Below are positions 27,052 to 36,646 of a stretch of DNA of 64,000 nucleotides, piece by piece. The stretch spans positions 2,219,757-2,283,756 of the forward strand of contig OY969414.1 of NCBI GenBank assembly GCA_963699155.1. The letters are read 5' to 3'. The translations under genes were made by a program, and so were the position numbers. Each line of letters starts with the position of its first letter. The stretch's first letter is position 1. Source of the stretch: an uncultured Chlamydiales bacterium (GTDB taxonomy: Bacteria; Chlamydiota; Chlamydiia; Chlamydiales; JAAKFR01). Under the pieces are notes generated by a model. It did not search any database. It was not told the DNA's origin and saw only the letters and a list, made by a program, of their open reading frames with translations.

Positions 27052-29523
27052 ATGTCCATGTCCAGCAACCTCGACGAAATAAAAACAACCCCCATGATGG
27101 AGCAGTGGCATCGCTGCAAGAAAGCTGCCAAAGGGGCTCTCCTCTTTTTCCGCATGGGCGATTTTTATGAGGCCTTTTATGAGGATGCGCGCATTATGGC
27201 CGAAGAGCTCGAGTTGACCCTGACCCAAAGAGGAGGAATCCCGATGAGCGGGGTTCCCTGGCATACCTGTGACAGCTATATCGACAGGCTGGTTGAGAAG
27301 GGATACCGGATTGCGGTCGCAGAACAGACAGAAGATCCCAAAAAAGCGAAGGGTCTCGTCAACCGTGAAATTGTCCGTTTTGTGACACCTGGAACGGTGA
27401 TCCATTCTGGACTCATCCGCGACAAAAGCTACAATTTTATAGCGTCTCTCAGTCAGGTGGGCTCGATTTTTGGTCTTGCTGTCTGCGACATCACTACCAC
27501 CTTCAGCCGAGTTGTGGAGGTCGATTCCCTTCAGGAGCTCATCGATGAGATCTACCGCTTATCACCTACAGAACTGGTGACGACCAAGAAATTCCAGGAA
27601 AAATATCCTACGTTGTTCCGTGAATGTGAAAAAACTCCTGTATCGCTGACCGATGAGTGGCGATTTGAGCACCAGACTGCCCTCACCTATTTGACAAACC
27701 ATTTTCAGCTGCCTCATCTCGACGGTTTTGGACTGAAAGGAATGGTGGCGGCGATCAATGCGGCTGGAGCACTTTTAGCCTATCTTCACGAAGAGCTAGC
27801 TCTTTCGATTACCCATATCCGAGAGGTCAAGCCTTATCCCTTTCATGAGGGTCTTCTGCTCGATAAGACCTGCCAGATGAACTTAGAATTGATCAATCCC
27901 CTCCATGACCACGGGAAAAAGACGACCCTTCTCCATGTGATCGATCATACCCTCACACCGATGGGGGGCAGGCTAATACGGGAGTGGTTGAAAAAACCTC
28001 TTATCGACATCAAGCAGATCCAACTTCGACAGGATGCTGTCGAAGCTTTTTTGCATCTCCCTGAGATTCGCACCCAGCTCCAACGTGATCTGAAAGAGGT
28101 CCGCGATTTGGAACGTCTCATGATGAGAGCCTCCTCAGGTTTTGCCACACCGCGCGATCTGGTCAGCCTCCGCCTCTCGCTAGAGAGGATAGTTCCGATC
28201 AAAAAGGCTGTCCGCAATGTGAGCAGTGAACTGCTTTTTCAGTGCGGAGAACAGCTGTCCGACCTCTCATCGCTTATCCTGCAATTGAAAAATGCGTTGA
28301 TCGATGAACCCCCTCTACGCATCTCTGAAGGCCATATTTTTCGAGATGGCTACCATTCTGATCTCGACCAGTTACGCAGCTTGATGCAAGGGAGCAAAGA
28401 GTGGCTGGCCCGTTATCAAGTCACGCTCAAAGAGCAAACAGGGATCAAAAATCTCAAAGTCAGCTTCAACAAAATTTTCGGCTACTACATCGAAGTGAGT
28501 AAAGGGCAGGCCCACTTGATGCCCACAGCCTTTGACCGCAGACAGACATTGGTCAATAGTGAGCGCTTCGTCTCCCCAGAGTTGAAAGAATATGAAAGCC
28601 GCGTGTTGACAGCAGAAGAGCGGAGCTTGAGCCTTGAGCAGGAGCTCTTCCATCAGTTGAGAAATGAGGTGATTGGCTATGAAAAACCCATCTTCACGAT
28701 GGCCAAAGCGATTGCCGAGATCGATGCGCTTCTCTCTCTTGCCCATGTGGCTCGCCATCGCCGCTTCTGCCGCCCGAAAATTGACTCCAGTCAGCAACTT
28801 TCCATTCTCGAAGGTCGTCATCCTGTTGTCGAAGCCACTGTGGAAAAAGGAACTTTCATCCCGAATGATACTCAACTCGATGATCAGGAGCGGATGATGT
28901 TGATTACGGGTCCCAACATGGCTGGGAAATCGACCTATATCCGCCAAGTCGCTCTCATAGTCATCCTCGCACAAATGGGGAGCTTTGTTCCTGCCTCGGC
29001 AGCCCACATCGGCATCATCGACCGCATCTTCACCCGCATAGGTGCAAGCGACGACCTATCCAGGGGGCATTCGACCTTCATGGTTGAAATGAGCGAGACC
29101 GCTAACATTCTCAATAATCTGACATCCCGCTCTCTCGTCATTCTTGACGAAATTGGACGTGGTACCAGCACCTACGATGGTGTCTCAATCGCCTGTGCAG
29201 TCGCTGAACATCTCCTCTCCACCCGCGCCAAGACCCTCTTCGCCACACACTATTGGGAGCTCACCGAGCTAGAAAAAACAATCCCCGGAGCCGTCAACTA
29301 TCACGCCTCGGTGCAAGAGTGGAACGACTCGATCGTCTTTCTCCATAAAATCTCTCGCGGCGGCACCGATCGCAGCTACGGCATCCATGTCGCCCGCCTC
29401 GCAGGCCTTCCCCTCCCCGTCATCCACCGCGCCACCGCCATCCTCTCCCACCTCGAATCCCGCAAAGACCCCTCCCGCCGCCCCAGGAAAGAATCTGCTG
29501 ATACCCAGTTAACTCTTTTTTAG
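27052..29523 (+). CDS. mutS: DNA mismatch repair protein MutS
   Basis: TPMMEQW, FRMGDFYE, TGPNMAGKSTY, DEIGRGTST. Confidence 0.97.
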   Translation: MSMSSNLDEIKTTPMMEQWHRCKKAAKGALLFFRMGDFYEAFYEDARIMAEELELTLTQRGGIPMSGVPWHTCDSYIDRLVEKGYRIAVAEQTEDPKKAKGLVNREIVRFVTPGTVIHSGLIRDKSYNFIASLSQVGSIFGLAVCDITTTFSRVVEVDSLQELIDEIYRLSPTELVTTKKFQEKYPTLFRECEKTPVSLTDEWRFEHQTALTYLTNHFQLPHLDGFGLKGMVAAINAAGALLAYLHEELALSITHIREVKPYPFHEGLLLDKTCQMNLELINPLHDHGKKTTLLHVIDHTLTPMGGRLIREWLKKPLIDIKQIQLRQDAVEAFLHLPEIRTQLQRDLKEVRDLERLMMRASSGFATPRDLVSLRLSLERIVPIKKAVRNVSSELLFQCGEQLSDLSSLILQLKNALIDEPPLRISEGHIFRDGYHSDLDQLRSLMQGSKEWLARYQVTLKEQTGIKNLKVSFNKIFGYYIEVSKGQAHLMPTAFDRRQTLVNSERFVSPELKEYESRVLTAEERSLSLEQELFHQLRNEVIGYEKPIFTMAKAIAEIDALLSLAHVARHRRFCRPKIDSSQQLSILEGRHPVVEATVEKGTFIPNDTQLDDQERMMLITGPNMAGKSTYIRQVALIVILAQMGSFVPASAAHIGIIDRIFTRIGASDDLSRGHSTFMVEMSETANILNNLTSRSLVILDEIGRGTSTYDGVSIACAVAEHLLSTRAKTLFATHYWELTELEKTIPGAVNYHASVQEWNDSIVFLHKISRGGTDRSYGIHVARLAGLPLPVIHRATAILSHLESRKDPSRRPRKESADTQLTLF

Positions 29524-29553
29524 ATCAAGTTGTTCTGGTATAAGCTTGAGGGC

Positions 29554-29592
29554 AGATTCAACGCAAAGACGCCAAGACGCAGAGGCGCAAAG
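29554..29592 (+). repeat. left inverted-repeat arm of the GxxExxY cassette
   Basis: agattca-acgcaaag-acgccaag-acgcagag-gcgcaaag. Confidence 0.9.
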
Positions 29593-29610
29593 AGGGGTAA
29601 AGAGGGGTAA

Positions 29611-29988
29611 ATGGAAAATGAATTATCTCATGAAATCATCGGTGCTGCGATAGAGGTGCATAAAGTTTTGGGAGGCCCGGGGCTTCTGGAAAGCATTTAT
29701 GAAGCTGCTCTATGCCATGAGTTATCTTTACGAGGGCTAAAATTTGAAAGACAGAGGATAGTACCCGTAGTATACAAAGGAGTCTCTATAAAAGAACCCT
29801 TCTATCTTGATGTACTAGTAGAAAAGAAAGTCATTATTGAGATAAAGGCGACAGAAGAAAAACATCCTATTCATCTAAACCAAATACTGACATACTTACG
29901 ATTAACAGGTATTAAATTAGGTCTACTTATTAACTTTGGAGAAAAGTGCCTCAAAGATGGGATTGGCAGAGTCGTCAATGATCTATAA
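29611..29988 (+). CDS. GxxExxY protein (PD-(D/E)XK nuclease-like fold)
   Basis: IIGAAIEVH, GPGLLESIY, YLDVLVEKKVIIEIKA, QILTYL, GLLINFG. Confidence 0.93.
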   Translation: MENELSHEIIGAAIEVHKVLGGPGLLESIYEAALCHELSLRGLKFERQRIVPVVYKGVSIKEPFYLDVLVEKKVIIEIKATEEKHPIHLNQILTYLRLTGIKLGLLINFGEKCLKDGIGRVVNDL

Positions 29989-30130
29989 CTTTGCGTCTCT
30001 GCGTCTTTGCGTCTTTGCGTTGAATCTTGACGCACGCTTTGCGTCTTGGCGTCTTTGCGTTGAATCTTGACGCACGCTTTGCGTCTTGGCGTCTTTGCGT
30101 TGAATCTTGACGCACGCTTTGCGTCTTGGC
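29989..30130 (-). repeat. right inverted-repeat arm plus three exact 40-bp tandem copies
   Basis: 29989-30027 matches the reverse complement of 29554-29592 at 37/39; gtctttgcgttgaatcttgacgcacgctttgcgtcttggc three times at 30011-30130. Confidence 0.92.
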
Positions 30131-30143
30131 GATTCATTTTTTT

Positions 30144-31994
30144 ATGTTTGATGTGGAGCAGTTGAAACAATTTCCGACGGAGCCTGGGGTCTATCTCATG
30201 AAAGATAGCACCGGGATGGTGCTCTACGTGGGGAAGGCGAAGAATTTGCGGGCCCGCGTGAAACAATATTTTGTGCCTGGGCGGGATGGGCGAGAGATGG
30301 TCCCCTATCTGACGAGCCAGGTGGCGGCGATCGATGTGGTTGTGGTCAGTTCAGAAAAAGAGGCCTTGATTCTGGAGAATAATCTCGTCAAGGAGCATTG
30401 GCCCAAATACAATGTTTTGCTGAAAGATGATAAGTCATTCTTTAGCCTCATGATCAATCATAAGCATGAATGGCCGATGATTCGGATCGTCCGATTTAAA
30501 GGAAAAGCTCCTGCGGGCAATCTCTATTTTGGCCCTTATGCTCACGGCTATGCTGCGAGGCAGACATTGGATTTGCTTAGGAGGCTCTTTCCGATGCGTC
30601 AATGTTCAGACCGGGAGTTGGGCTCGCGAACGCGTCCCTGCATACTCTACGATTTGAAACAGTGCATTGCCCCTTGTGTCTTGAAATGCACCCATGAGGA
30701 ATATAACAGCCTGGTCAAACGGGTTATCGATTTTCTACGTGGTCATGATTCGGCTATTCTGAAAGAGTTGAAGACAGAGCGAGAGGCAGCGGTCGAGATG
30801 CTCGCTTTTGAAAAGGCGGAAAGGATCCATCAAACGATCCTCTACATCGAAAAGACGCTGGAAAAACAGAAAGTGGAGCAGGCGGGAATGGCCGACCGGG
30901 ATGTGATCGCCCTCTATCGGGAAGCCGATCGGGTGGCTTTGTCACAGCTGATTTTCCGTGAAGGAAAGCTCATGCGCTCATATGACCGTTTTTTCAACCA
31001 TAATGCGCAAAGTGATGCCGAATTGCTCTCCTCCTTTATCTTGCAAATGTATGGGGGTCAAGAACTCCTTCCCCACGAGATTCTTCTTCCTGTCACCCTT
31101 GCAGATGCAGAAGCTATATCTGAGTTGATTGCGACGGGGAAAAAGAGAGGAGTCGCTATTTTACATCCTCAACGAGGTAACAAAAAAGCGCTCGTGGAGA
31201 TGGCTGAAGCAAATGCGAAAGTGAGATTTTCCCTTGAAAAAGAGGAGGCCAATGAAAAAGAGAAGATACTTTTGGGGCTTGAGGAGACATTCCATCTCAC
31301 AAACTATCCAGAGCGCATCGAGTGCTTTGATAATTCCAACATCGCAGGTACAGAGCCAGTCAGTGCTATGGTTGTCTTCACTGATGGAGAAAAGGATTCA
31401 CAGCGCTATCGGAAATATGCGCTGAAAAAAACGGCTCCCTCCGATGATTATGGGGCGTTGAAAGAGGTTCTAGAGCGGCGCTATAAAAGAGCGAAACAAG
31501 AAGAGGAGGCGCTGCCCGATCTGATCTTGATCGATGGGGGCAGGGGCCATCTCAACATGGCTCTCGAGGTTCTTTCTGAACTAGATATCAGCACTGTTGA
31601 TCTCATTTCCATCGCCAAGGAAGAGGGACGGCATGATAAAGGGATGACAGCAGAGCAGATCTTTCTTCCGGATGTTCCAGAGCCGTTCATTTTAAAGCCT
31701 AACTCTCCCATCCTCTTTTATCTTCAACGCATCCGAGATGAAGCCCACCGTTTTGCCATCACCTATCAGCGGCAGAGGCGGAAGAAAAAGACTTTTGCCA
31801 GCGCTCTCGATCAGTTACCAGGGATAGGACCGATTAAAAAGCAGAGGCTCTTACGCCACTTTGGCAGCCTCAAACGGATTCTTGCGGCCACTCCCGATGA
31901 GTGGCAATCGATTCCAGGAATCACTAAGAGGGATATCGAGACTCTGAACTCCTTGAAGAAGCAGCAGCTTGATGCGGATGAAAGCTCACATTAA
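30144..31994 (+). CDS. uvrC: excinuclease ABC subunit C
   Basis: PGVYLM, YVGKAKNLR, ECFDNSN, PDLILIDGG, RDEAHRFA. Confidence 0.97.
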   Translation: MFDVEQLKQFPTEPGVYLMKDSTGMVLYVGKAKNLRARVKQYFVPGRDGREMVPYLTSQVAAIDVVVVSSEKEALILENNLVKEHWPKYNVLLKDDKSFFSLMINHKHEWPMIRIVRFKGKAPAGNLYFGPYAHGYAARQTLDLLRRLFPMRQCSDRELGSRTRPCILYDLKQCIAPCVLKCTHEEYNSLVKRVIDFLRGHDSAILKELKTEREAAVEMLAFEKAERIHQTILYIEKTLEKQKVEQAGMADRDVIALYREADRVALSQLIFREGKLMRSYDRFFNHNAQSDAELLSSFILQMYGGQELLPHEILLPVTLADAEAISELIATGKKRGVAILHPQRGNKKALVEMAEANAKVRFSLEKEEANEKEKILLGLEETFHLTNYPERIECFDNSNIAGTEPVSAMVVFTDGEKDSQRYRKYALKKTAPSDDYGALKEVLERRYKRAKQEEEALPDLILIDGGRGHLNMALEVLSELDISTVDLISIAKEEGRHDKGMTAEQIFLPDVPEPFILKPNSPILFYLQRIRDEAHRFAITYQRQRRKKKTFASALDQLPGIGPIKKQRLLRHFGSLKRILAATPDEWQSIPGITKRDIETLNSLKKQQLDADESSH

Positions 31995-32475
31995 AGACGA
32001 ACTCCCCATCATACTGACATTGCTTTTTCAAAGTGAGAACAAGAACCCGTTCGATTTCGTTGAGGATATGTTCTCGGCTGCTTTCTGAAAGAGGAGGAAT
32101 ATTCGCCATGATCTCAATCTTTCCCTGCGCTCTGCCAAATACTTCGCAAGCCACAGATTGGCCAGGGAAAAACTTTTGTAAGCTCTCCTCTGCAAAATGG
32201 GCAAGAACGCGATCTTCTATAGAAACCCCACCCATTTTTAAGAGAAAATAGCGGCGTCTGCTCAGCCGAAAAAGTGCCGCTAAAAAGAGCAGACCAGAGA
32301 GAAATAGGCAAAGTCCAAAGTAGGAGAGCCTCTCCTGATGATTCAGGATAAGCGCCCTGATAGCCAATTCTAGGTTGGGAAGATAGCGGATCAGAAAGAG
32401 AAAAAGGCCCCCACAAATCATCAGGAAGCCAAGGAGTAAACCCAAAAGTGAAATGAGAAGATGTTGCCTTTTCAT
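31924..32475 (-). CDS. hypothetical membrane protein
   Basis: Two N-terminal TM segments; directly follows the Asp23-family gene. Confidence 0.7.
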   Translation of the reverse strand: MKRQHLLISLLGLLLGFLMICGGLFLFLIRYLPNLELAIRALILNHQERLSYFGLCLFLSGLLFLAALFRLSRRRYFLLKMGGVSIEDRVLAHFAEESLQKFFPGQSVACEVFGRAQGKIEIMANIPPLSESSREHILNEIERVLVLTLKKQCQYDGEFVFNVSFHPHQAAASSRSSESRYPS

Positions 32476-32478
32476 ACC

Positions 32479-32898
32479 CTATTGATCTAATGCGATCATT
32501 TTCTCTGCTAGCTGCTCCTTCGGTGGGATCAGCCCCTTAACCACCACATGGATGCTCGCTACGTGAAGACCTGTCAGCTGGATGATCTCTTTGACAACTT
32601 TATTTTGAACCTCTTCCGCTTTTTCTGGAATGGAGATCCCATAAGCAATAGTGATTTCTACATGAACTTTGACCGAATGGTTCTTACTGTCTTGCTCAAC
32701 AGTGATTCCTTTGACTTTTTCGACCTCTCGGCCTAAAAGAGAGTCAATCAAACCGCCACCGAGGAGACCGACACCCTCAATCTTGCCGAGGCAGTATAAA
32801 ATAATCACTTGAATGACTCGACTTTCGATATCTCTGCTAAAAACTGTTCGGGGAACTTCAAATTCCTTTGTATCTACTTTAACTGGTCTTTCAGCCAT
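32479..32898 (-). CDS. Asp23/Gls24 family envelope stress protein
   Basis: IEGVGLLGG, VKGITV, YGISIPE, LTGLHVASIHVVV. Confidence 0.88.
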   Translation of the reverse strand: MAERPVKVDTKEFEVPRTVFSRDIESRVIQVIILYCLGKIEGVGLLGGGLIDSLLGREVEKVKGITVEQDSKNHSVKVHVEITIAYGISIPEKAEEVQNKVVKEIIQLTGLHVASIHVVVKGLIPPKEQLAEKMIALDQ

Positions 32899-32955
32899 CA
32901 ATCCCCCATTTAATTTGAAAAAAAACCACCTAGAAAGTAAAATTGTAGATTATCT

Positions 32956-33372
32956 ATGGGTATGTTGCAACTAATCATATTGCTTTTTGGACTCATCTTT
33001 GGTCTATTGACCTCCTCTTTTGCAACCAAACGGGGCCGCTCCCCCCTTCCCTGGTTCATCGCCGGGTTTATGTTCGGGATTTTCGGCTTAGCAACACTTC
33101 TCTTGCTGCCTCTTATTAAAAAAAAGAGCCAGCAGACCATTGTCAAAAAAACAGCCCCCCAGATCACACGGAGCGATGCCTGGCTGAAACTCTGGTATTA
33201 TCTCGATCCAAACCACTCCCAAAAGGGACCAATCGAGTTCCCTGAGCTCATTCAATCTTGGAAAGCGCGCCAAATTGGCGAGTCGACCTTCATTTGGGGA
33301 GAGGGAATGGCTGAGTGGAAAAGGTTGCGCGATCAACCCGACATCATCACAGAGATCGAGCAAGCCCCCTAA
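32956..33372 (+). CDS. membrane protein with GYF_2/DUF4339 domain
   Basis: KRGRSPLPWF TM region; WYYLD...KGP...IWGEGMAEW. Confidence 0.85.
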   Translation: MGMLQLIILLFGLIFGLLTSSFATKRGRSPLPWFIAGFMFGIFGLATLLLLPLIKKKSQQTIVKKTAPQITRSDAWLKLWYYLDPNHSQKGPIEFPELIQSWKARQIGESTFIWGEGMAEWKRLRDQPDIITEIEQAP

Positions 33373-33379
33373 ATACCCT

Positions 33380-33423
33380 GAGCGCGAAGCGCTCCCTGGA
33401 GTGCTGCGTTCTACGCCCCGCCC
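33380..33423 (+). repeat. REP copy 5 (degenerate)
   Basis: gagcgcgaagcgctc-cctggagt-gctgcgttctacgccccgccc. Confidence 0.8.
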
Positions 33424-33744
33424 TCTATCGGCTAACTCGACGTCGACGCCCAAGACCTCGAAATCGTCGCCGACCTCATCGCCCAAGAATTCACCACTTC
33501 GCTTTAGCTGTCGAGAAACTGGCTAACTCACTTTCAATTATTGGAGTGAAATCGTCGAAAAAACAAGATGGTACAGAACCTCAAAAAAAACCTCTTGTTG
33601 GGATTTCAGTAGACTTTTGATGGAAGAGCTTGAAGCGGCCTAAGGGGCGAGACTTCAGAGGGTGGCGCCGAGCAACGGCTCGGCAATTGAGTGGCAGCGG
33701 CCCATTGAGGGCCGCGAGCGATCTTCGGTGCCAGAGGTGGGTTG

Positions 33745-34050
33745 TTACCAGCTTGCTTTGGTGACGCCGGGGATCATGCCCAGGCCGGCCAGTTCGCGGA
33801 AACAGAGACGTGAGACTTTAAACTTACGGAGATAGCCGTGAGGGCGACCAGTAAGCTGGCAGCGATTTTTGAGGCGCGAGGGTGAGGTATCTCGGCGCAT
33901 TTTATTGAGGGCTACGCGGGCAGCTTCCCTCTCTTCTTCAGAAATATGGATATTTTTGGATTGACTACGAAGCTCAGTACGACGCTGCCAATTTAATTTT
34001 ACAAGCTTTTCACGCTTTTTTTGTTTTGCAATTGAAGAAGTTTTTGCCAT
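33745..34050 (-). CDS. rpsN: 30S ribosomal protein S14
   Basis: [27 protein letters not shown]. Confidence 0.97.
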   Translation of the reverse strand: MAKTSSIAKQKKREKLVKLNWQRRTELRSQSKNIHISEEEREAARVALNKMRRDTSPSRLKNRCQLTGRPHGYLRKFKVSRLCFRELAGLGMIPGVTKASW

Positions 34051-34062
34051 TCTATCCCTTCA

Positions 34063-34200
34063 CTATTTTTTACGAGCAGGACCCTTCTGACGCTGTTTGC
34101 GGTTGGGGTCTTTTTTGTTAATCACATAGAGACGACCACGACGACGAACAAGTTTGTCGCCTTTTGTGGGGTCGGCCTTGATTGAGGCTGCTGTCTTCAT
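34063..34200 (-). CDS. rpmJ: 50S ribosomal protein L36
   Basis: Manual translation [45 protein letters not shown]. Confidence 0.95.
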   Translation of the reverse strand: MKTAASIKADPTKGDKLVRRRGRLYVINKKDPNRKQRQKGPARKK

Positions 34201-34320
34201 GACAATCCTTAATGTTCTCATTAAAAGATAGCAATTTACTGCAGATCCCCATTTTTTGCAATTGTCATTTTCGTAGCCATCTGCTATTCTCTCACCCTTA
34301 AAGTTAAAAAGGAAAATAAG

Positions 34321-34458
34321 ATGTTACGCACCTATCAACCCAGCAAAAAGCGGCGCAAAAAAGCGACCGGCTTTCGCGCGAGAATGGCCACTAGAGGGGG
34401 ACGCAAAGTCCTGGCACGCCGCAGAAAATCGGGCCGTTTCCAGCTCACAGCTGTCTGA
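34321..34458 (+). CDS. rpmH: 50S ribosomal protein L34
   Basis: Manual translation [45 protein letters not shown]. Confidence 0.96.
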   Translation: MLRTYQPSKKRRKKATGFRARMATRGGRKVLARRRKSGRFQLTAV

Positions 34459-34482
34459 TAGAGTATCGGCTTGGCAGAGGGG

Positions 34483-34833
34483 ATGGTTTCTTTCAACTTT
34501 CCAAAGGGATTACGCCTATTAAATGGTCACCAGTTCCGCCGCGTCTCAAAACAGGGAGGCAGCTGCACAGGTCACTTCCTCTCCCTCACCCTCTGCCAAG
34601 CTGATACCCTAAAATTGGGGTTGACTGTCTCCCGAAAGTTTGGAAATGCCGTCGAACGCAACCGGTTTAAGCGGCTCGTGAGAGAGGCCTTCCGCCTTTC
34701 CCAACATGACCTTCCCCCACTCCACCTCAATGTCCGCCCCACCTCCCCTGCAGCCCAATCAGCCACCCTCCACGAGATTCAGTCTGAACTGAAAGCCCTT
34801 TGTGCTTCATGGACAACAAGCGCAGTGAGCTAA
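34483..34833 (+). CDS. rnpA: ribonuclease P protein component
   Basis: LGLTVSRKFGNAVERNRFKRLVREAFR. Confidence 0.95.
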   Translation: MVSFNFPKGLRLLNGHQFRRVSKQGGSCTGHFLSLTLCQADTLKLGLTVSRKFGNAVERNRFKRLVREAFRLSQHDLPPLHLNVRPTSPAAQSATLHEIQSELKALCASWTTSAVS

Positions 34834-34842
34834 TTCTTTCTG

Positions 34843-34942
34843 AAGATTCAACGCAAAGACGCTAAGACGCAAAGACACAAAGAAGGAGGGTACGCGAAGC
34901 GCTCCTATTTCTTTGCGCCTCTGCGTCTTTGCGTTGAATCTT
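34843..34942. mobile_element. gene-less (MITE/REPIN-like) copy of the ACGCAAAG inverted-repeat element
   Basis: aagattcaacgcaaagacgctaagacgcaaagacacaaagaa ... ttctttgcgcctctgcgtctttgcgttgaatctt with a ~24-nt spacer. Confidence 0.85.
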
Positions 34943-34953
34943 GACGAAGAACT

Positions 34954-35925
34954 TTAACGGGCGGTGGTGGAGCGGATGTAGTTGAGGGAGTGGGCGATCT
35001 CGTCGTGCATGGTGGAAGGGGCTGTCTGGAGCGCTTTTTCGGCATGGAGTAGGGCCTTCTGCATGAGATCAGCCTCCATGTAGTGCTGAGCGATCATCAT
35101 CTCGATGCGCCAGACATTTTGGTCATCTTTTAGCCCGAAATGGTCGAGATAGTCTAATAGGGGTCGCACTGCTTCATCTGCAGGAATCGGCTTTTGGGAG
35201 AGATCCTGGAAATCGATCAAAGCTAGCGTAAAGTGGAGGGTGAGTTGGTTATCGGGATCAAGAGAAGTGATTTTTTCACGCAGCTGCTGCGTGGATTTTT
35301 TTTGGCCTTCACCTCGTTCAACAAGCAGGCGATACTTTTCGAGAAAAAAGAAAGAGTCTTCCGTTTTGAGCCCCGCATCAAGGATGCTCTCTTGCTCCTT
35401 CTGTCTGGCCAATTCTTGAGCAATCTGATAGAGCTTTTTCAATGCAGCCGGATCTGAACTCAGATTCTTCATTCCTTCGATCAATTGGCCATCTTGGCCG
35501 AGAATATGGACCAGATCATCTGCAAACTGCTCTCCACTCTCAGGGAGATAACCGATCTGAGCAATCACCCTTTCCTGGGAATCGAGCAATAGAAGTGTGG
35601 GCGTCTCTTGCACATGGAAGCGCTTTTTCAGCTCTTGGTTTTGTGCCATCTTCTTTTCTGAAAGGGCGGTATGTTCAGGAAAGTCGATTTCCATGCAGAG
35701 GAATCTATGAGCGATTTTTTGCTCAAAGGCGAGGGTATCGAGGACCTCACGTTTCATCCACATCGCTTCCCCAGACCAATCGGAGCCATTGAAAAAAAGG
35801 AGGATCGGCTTTTCATCTTGCCGACTAAGTGCAACCACTTTGTCATAATCGGTCTGCCATTGGAGTGCAGAAAGGGAAAATGACAATGAGAAGCTTAAAA
35901 AAAATAAGATCGCAAAAAAATTCAT
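34954..35925 (-). CDS. exported thioredoxin-fold protein with helical C-terminus (DsbH paralog)
   Basis: Signal peptide; KPILLFFNGSDW, IDFP, TPTLLLLD; CXXC replaced by SGEA. Confidence 0.8.
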   Translation of the reverse strand: MNFFAILFFLSFSLSFSLSALQWQTDYDKVVALSRQDEKPILLFFNGSDWSGEAMWMKREVLDTLAFEQKIAHRFLCMEIDFPEHTALSEKKMAQNQELKKRFHVQETPTLLLLDSQERVIAQIGYLPESGEQFADDLVHILGQDGQLIEGMKNLSSDPAALKKLYQIAQELARQKEQESILDAGLKTEDSFFFLEKYRLLVERGEGQKKSTQQLREKITSLDPDNQLTLHFTLALIDFQDLSQKPIPADEAVRPLLDYLDHFGLKDDQNVWRIEMMIAQHYMEADLMQKALLHAEKALQTAPSTMHDEIAHSLNYIRSTTAR

Positions 35926-36014
35926 CGCCTAATCCTCTTTAAAGGGCCTCAAAAAGCTGCAAGAGCGCAAATAGTTTTCTGAGAGGCCCCTCATGGAGAG
36001 GGGCTCTCTTTTAA

Positions 36015-36563
36015 TTAATATTGCAACAGAGTTCTCAGATAATCGGCGTAGGCCTTTCCACCACCAGGGCGGTAACCCGTTTCTGCAATAAAGTTCTCGT
36101 TGGAATCGAGAATGATGATGGTAGGATAACCTGTCACACCATATTTTTGCTTGAGTTGGGTATTTTGCTGTTGGTGATCCGCTGGTAGCTGTTGGTTCAT
36201 AGGAAAGTCAACGTCAACAAAGACGAAGGCAGTGCCCACTTGGCTAGCAAACTCTGGAGATGAGAAAATCTCTTGCTGCATTTTTTTGCACCAACCACAC
36301 CAGTCTGACCCTGTAAAAAAGAGAAGCAGAGGCTTATGGCTTCTGGCTGCTTCTTGCACAGCTTGTTGATAATTGGTGAACCAATTGATCTGAGTAGGTT
36401 GTGCAGGTGGTGTCGCTTGTGCTGTTGGATTTGTAGGTGCTGTTGGATTTGCGGGTGCTCCCTGAGAATGGTTAACATCAGTTGGTGCAGAATCAGCAAA
36501 TGAAGGGATGACCCCAAATGTGACAATCGCACAACAGATCGCGACAAAAATTTGTTTGTTCAT
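36015..36563 (-). CDS. dsbH: periplasmic thiol-disulfide oxidoreductase DsbH-like
   Basis: FFTGSDWCGWC, VDFP, GYPT; signal peptide. Confidence 0.85.
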   Translation of the reverse strand: MNKQIFVAICCAIVTFGVIPSFADSAPTDVNHSQGAPANPTAPTNPTAQATPPAQPTQINWFTNYQQAVQEAARSHKPLLLFFTGSDWCGWCKKMQQEIFSSPEFASQVGTAFVFVDVDFPMNQQLPADHQQQNTQLKQKYGVTGYPTIIILDSNENFIAETGYRPGGGKAYADYLRTLLQY

Positions 36564-36646
36564 TTTTTTCTCCTCCTAATAGAGAACATGCTATTTACGA
36601 CGTTATATCATTTACTAAAACAGCATAAAATGGTATACTTTTCTTC

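Noticed and set aside
30011..30130. Possible CRISPR array
   Set aside because: Three identical abutting 40-bp units with no unique spacers and no cas genes in the window.
29871..30266. Minus-strand ORF with repeated QRKDAK peptides
   Set aside because: An artefact of translating the octamer repeats; it also overlaps two real genes.
33745..34200. Zinc-free S14 and L36 as a zinc-starvation module
   Set aside because: They occupy the standard chlamydial locus and look like the housekeeping copies.
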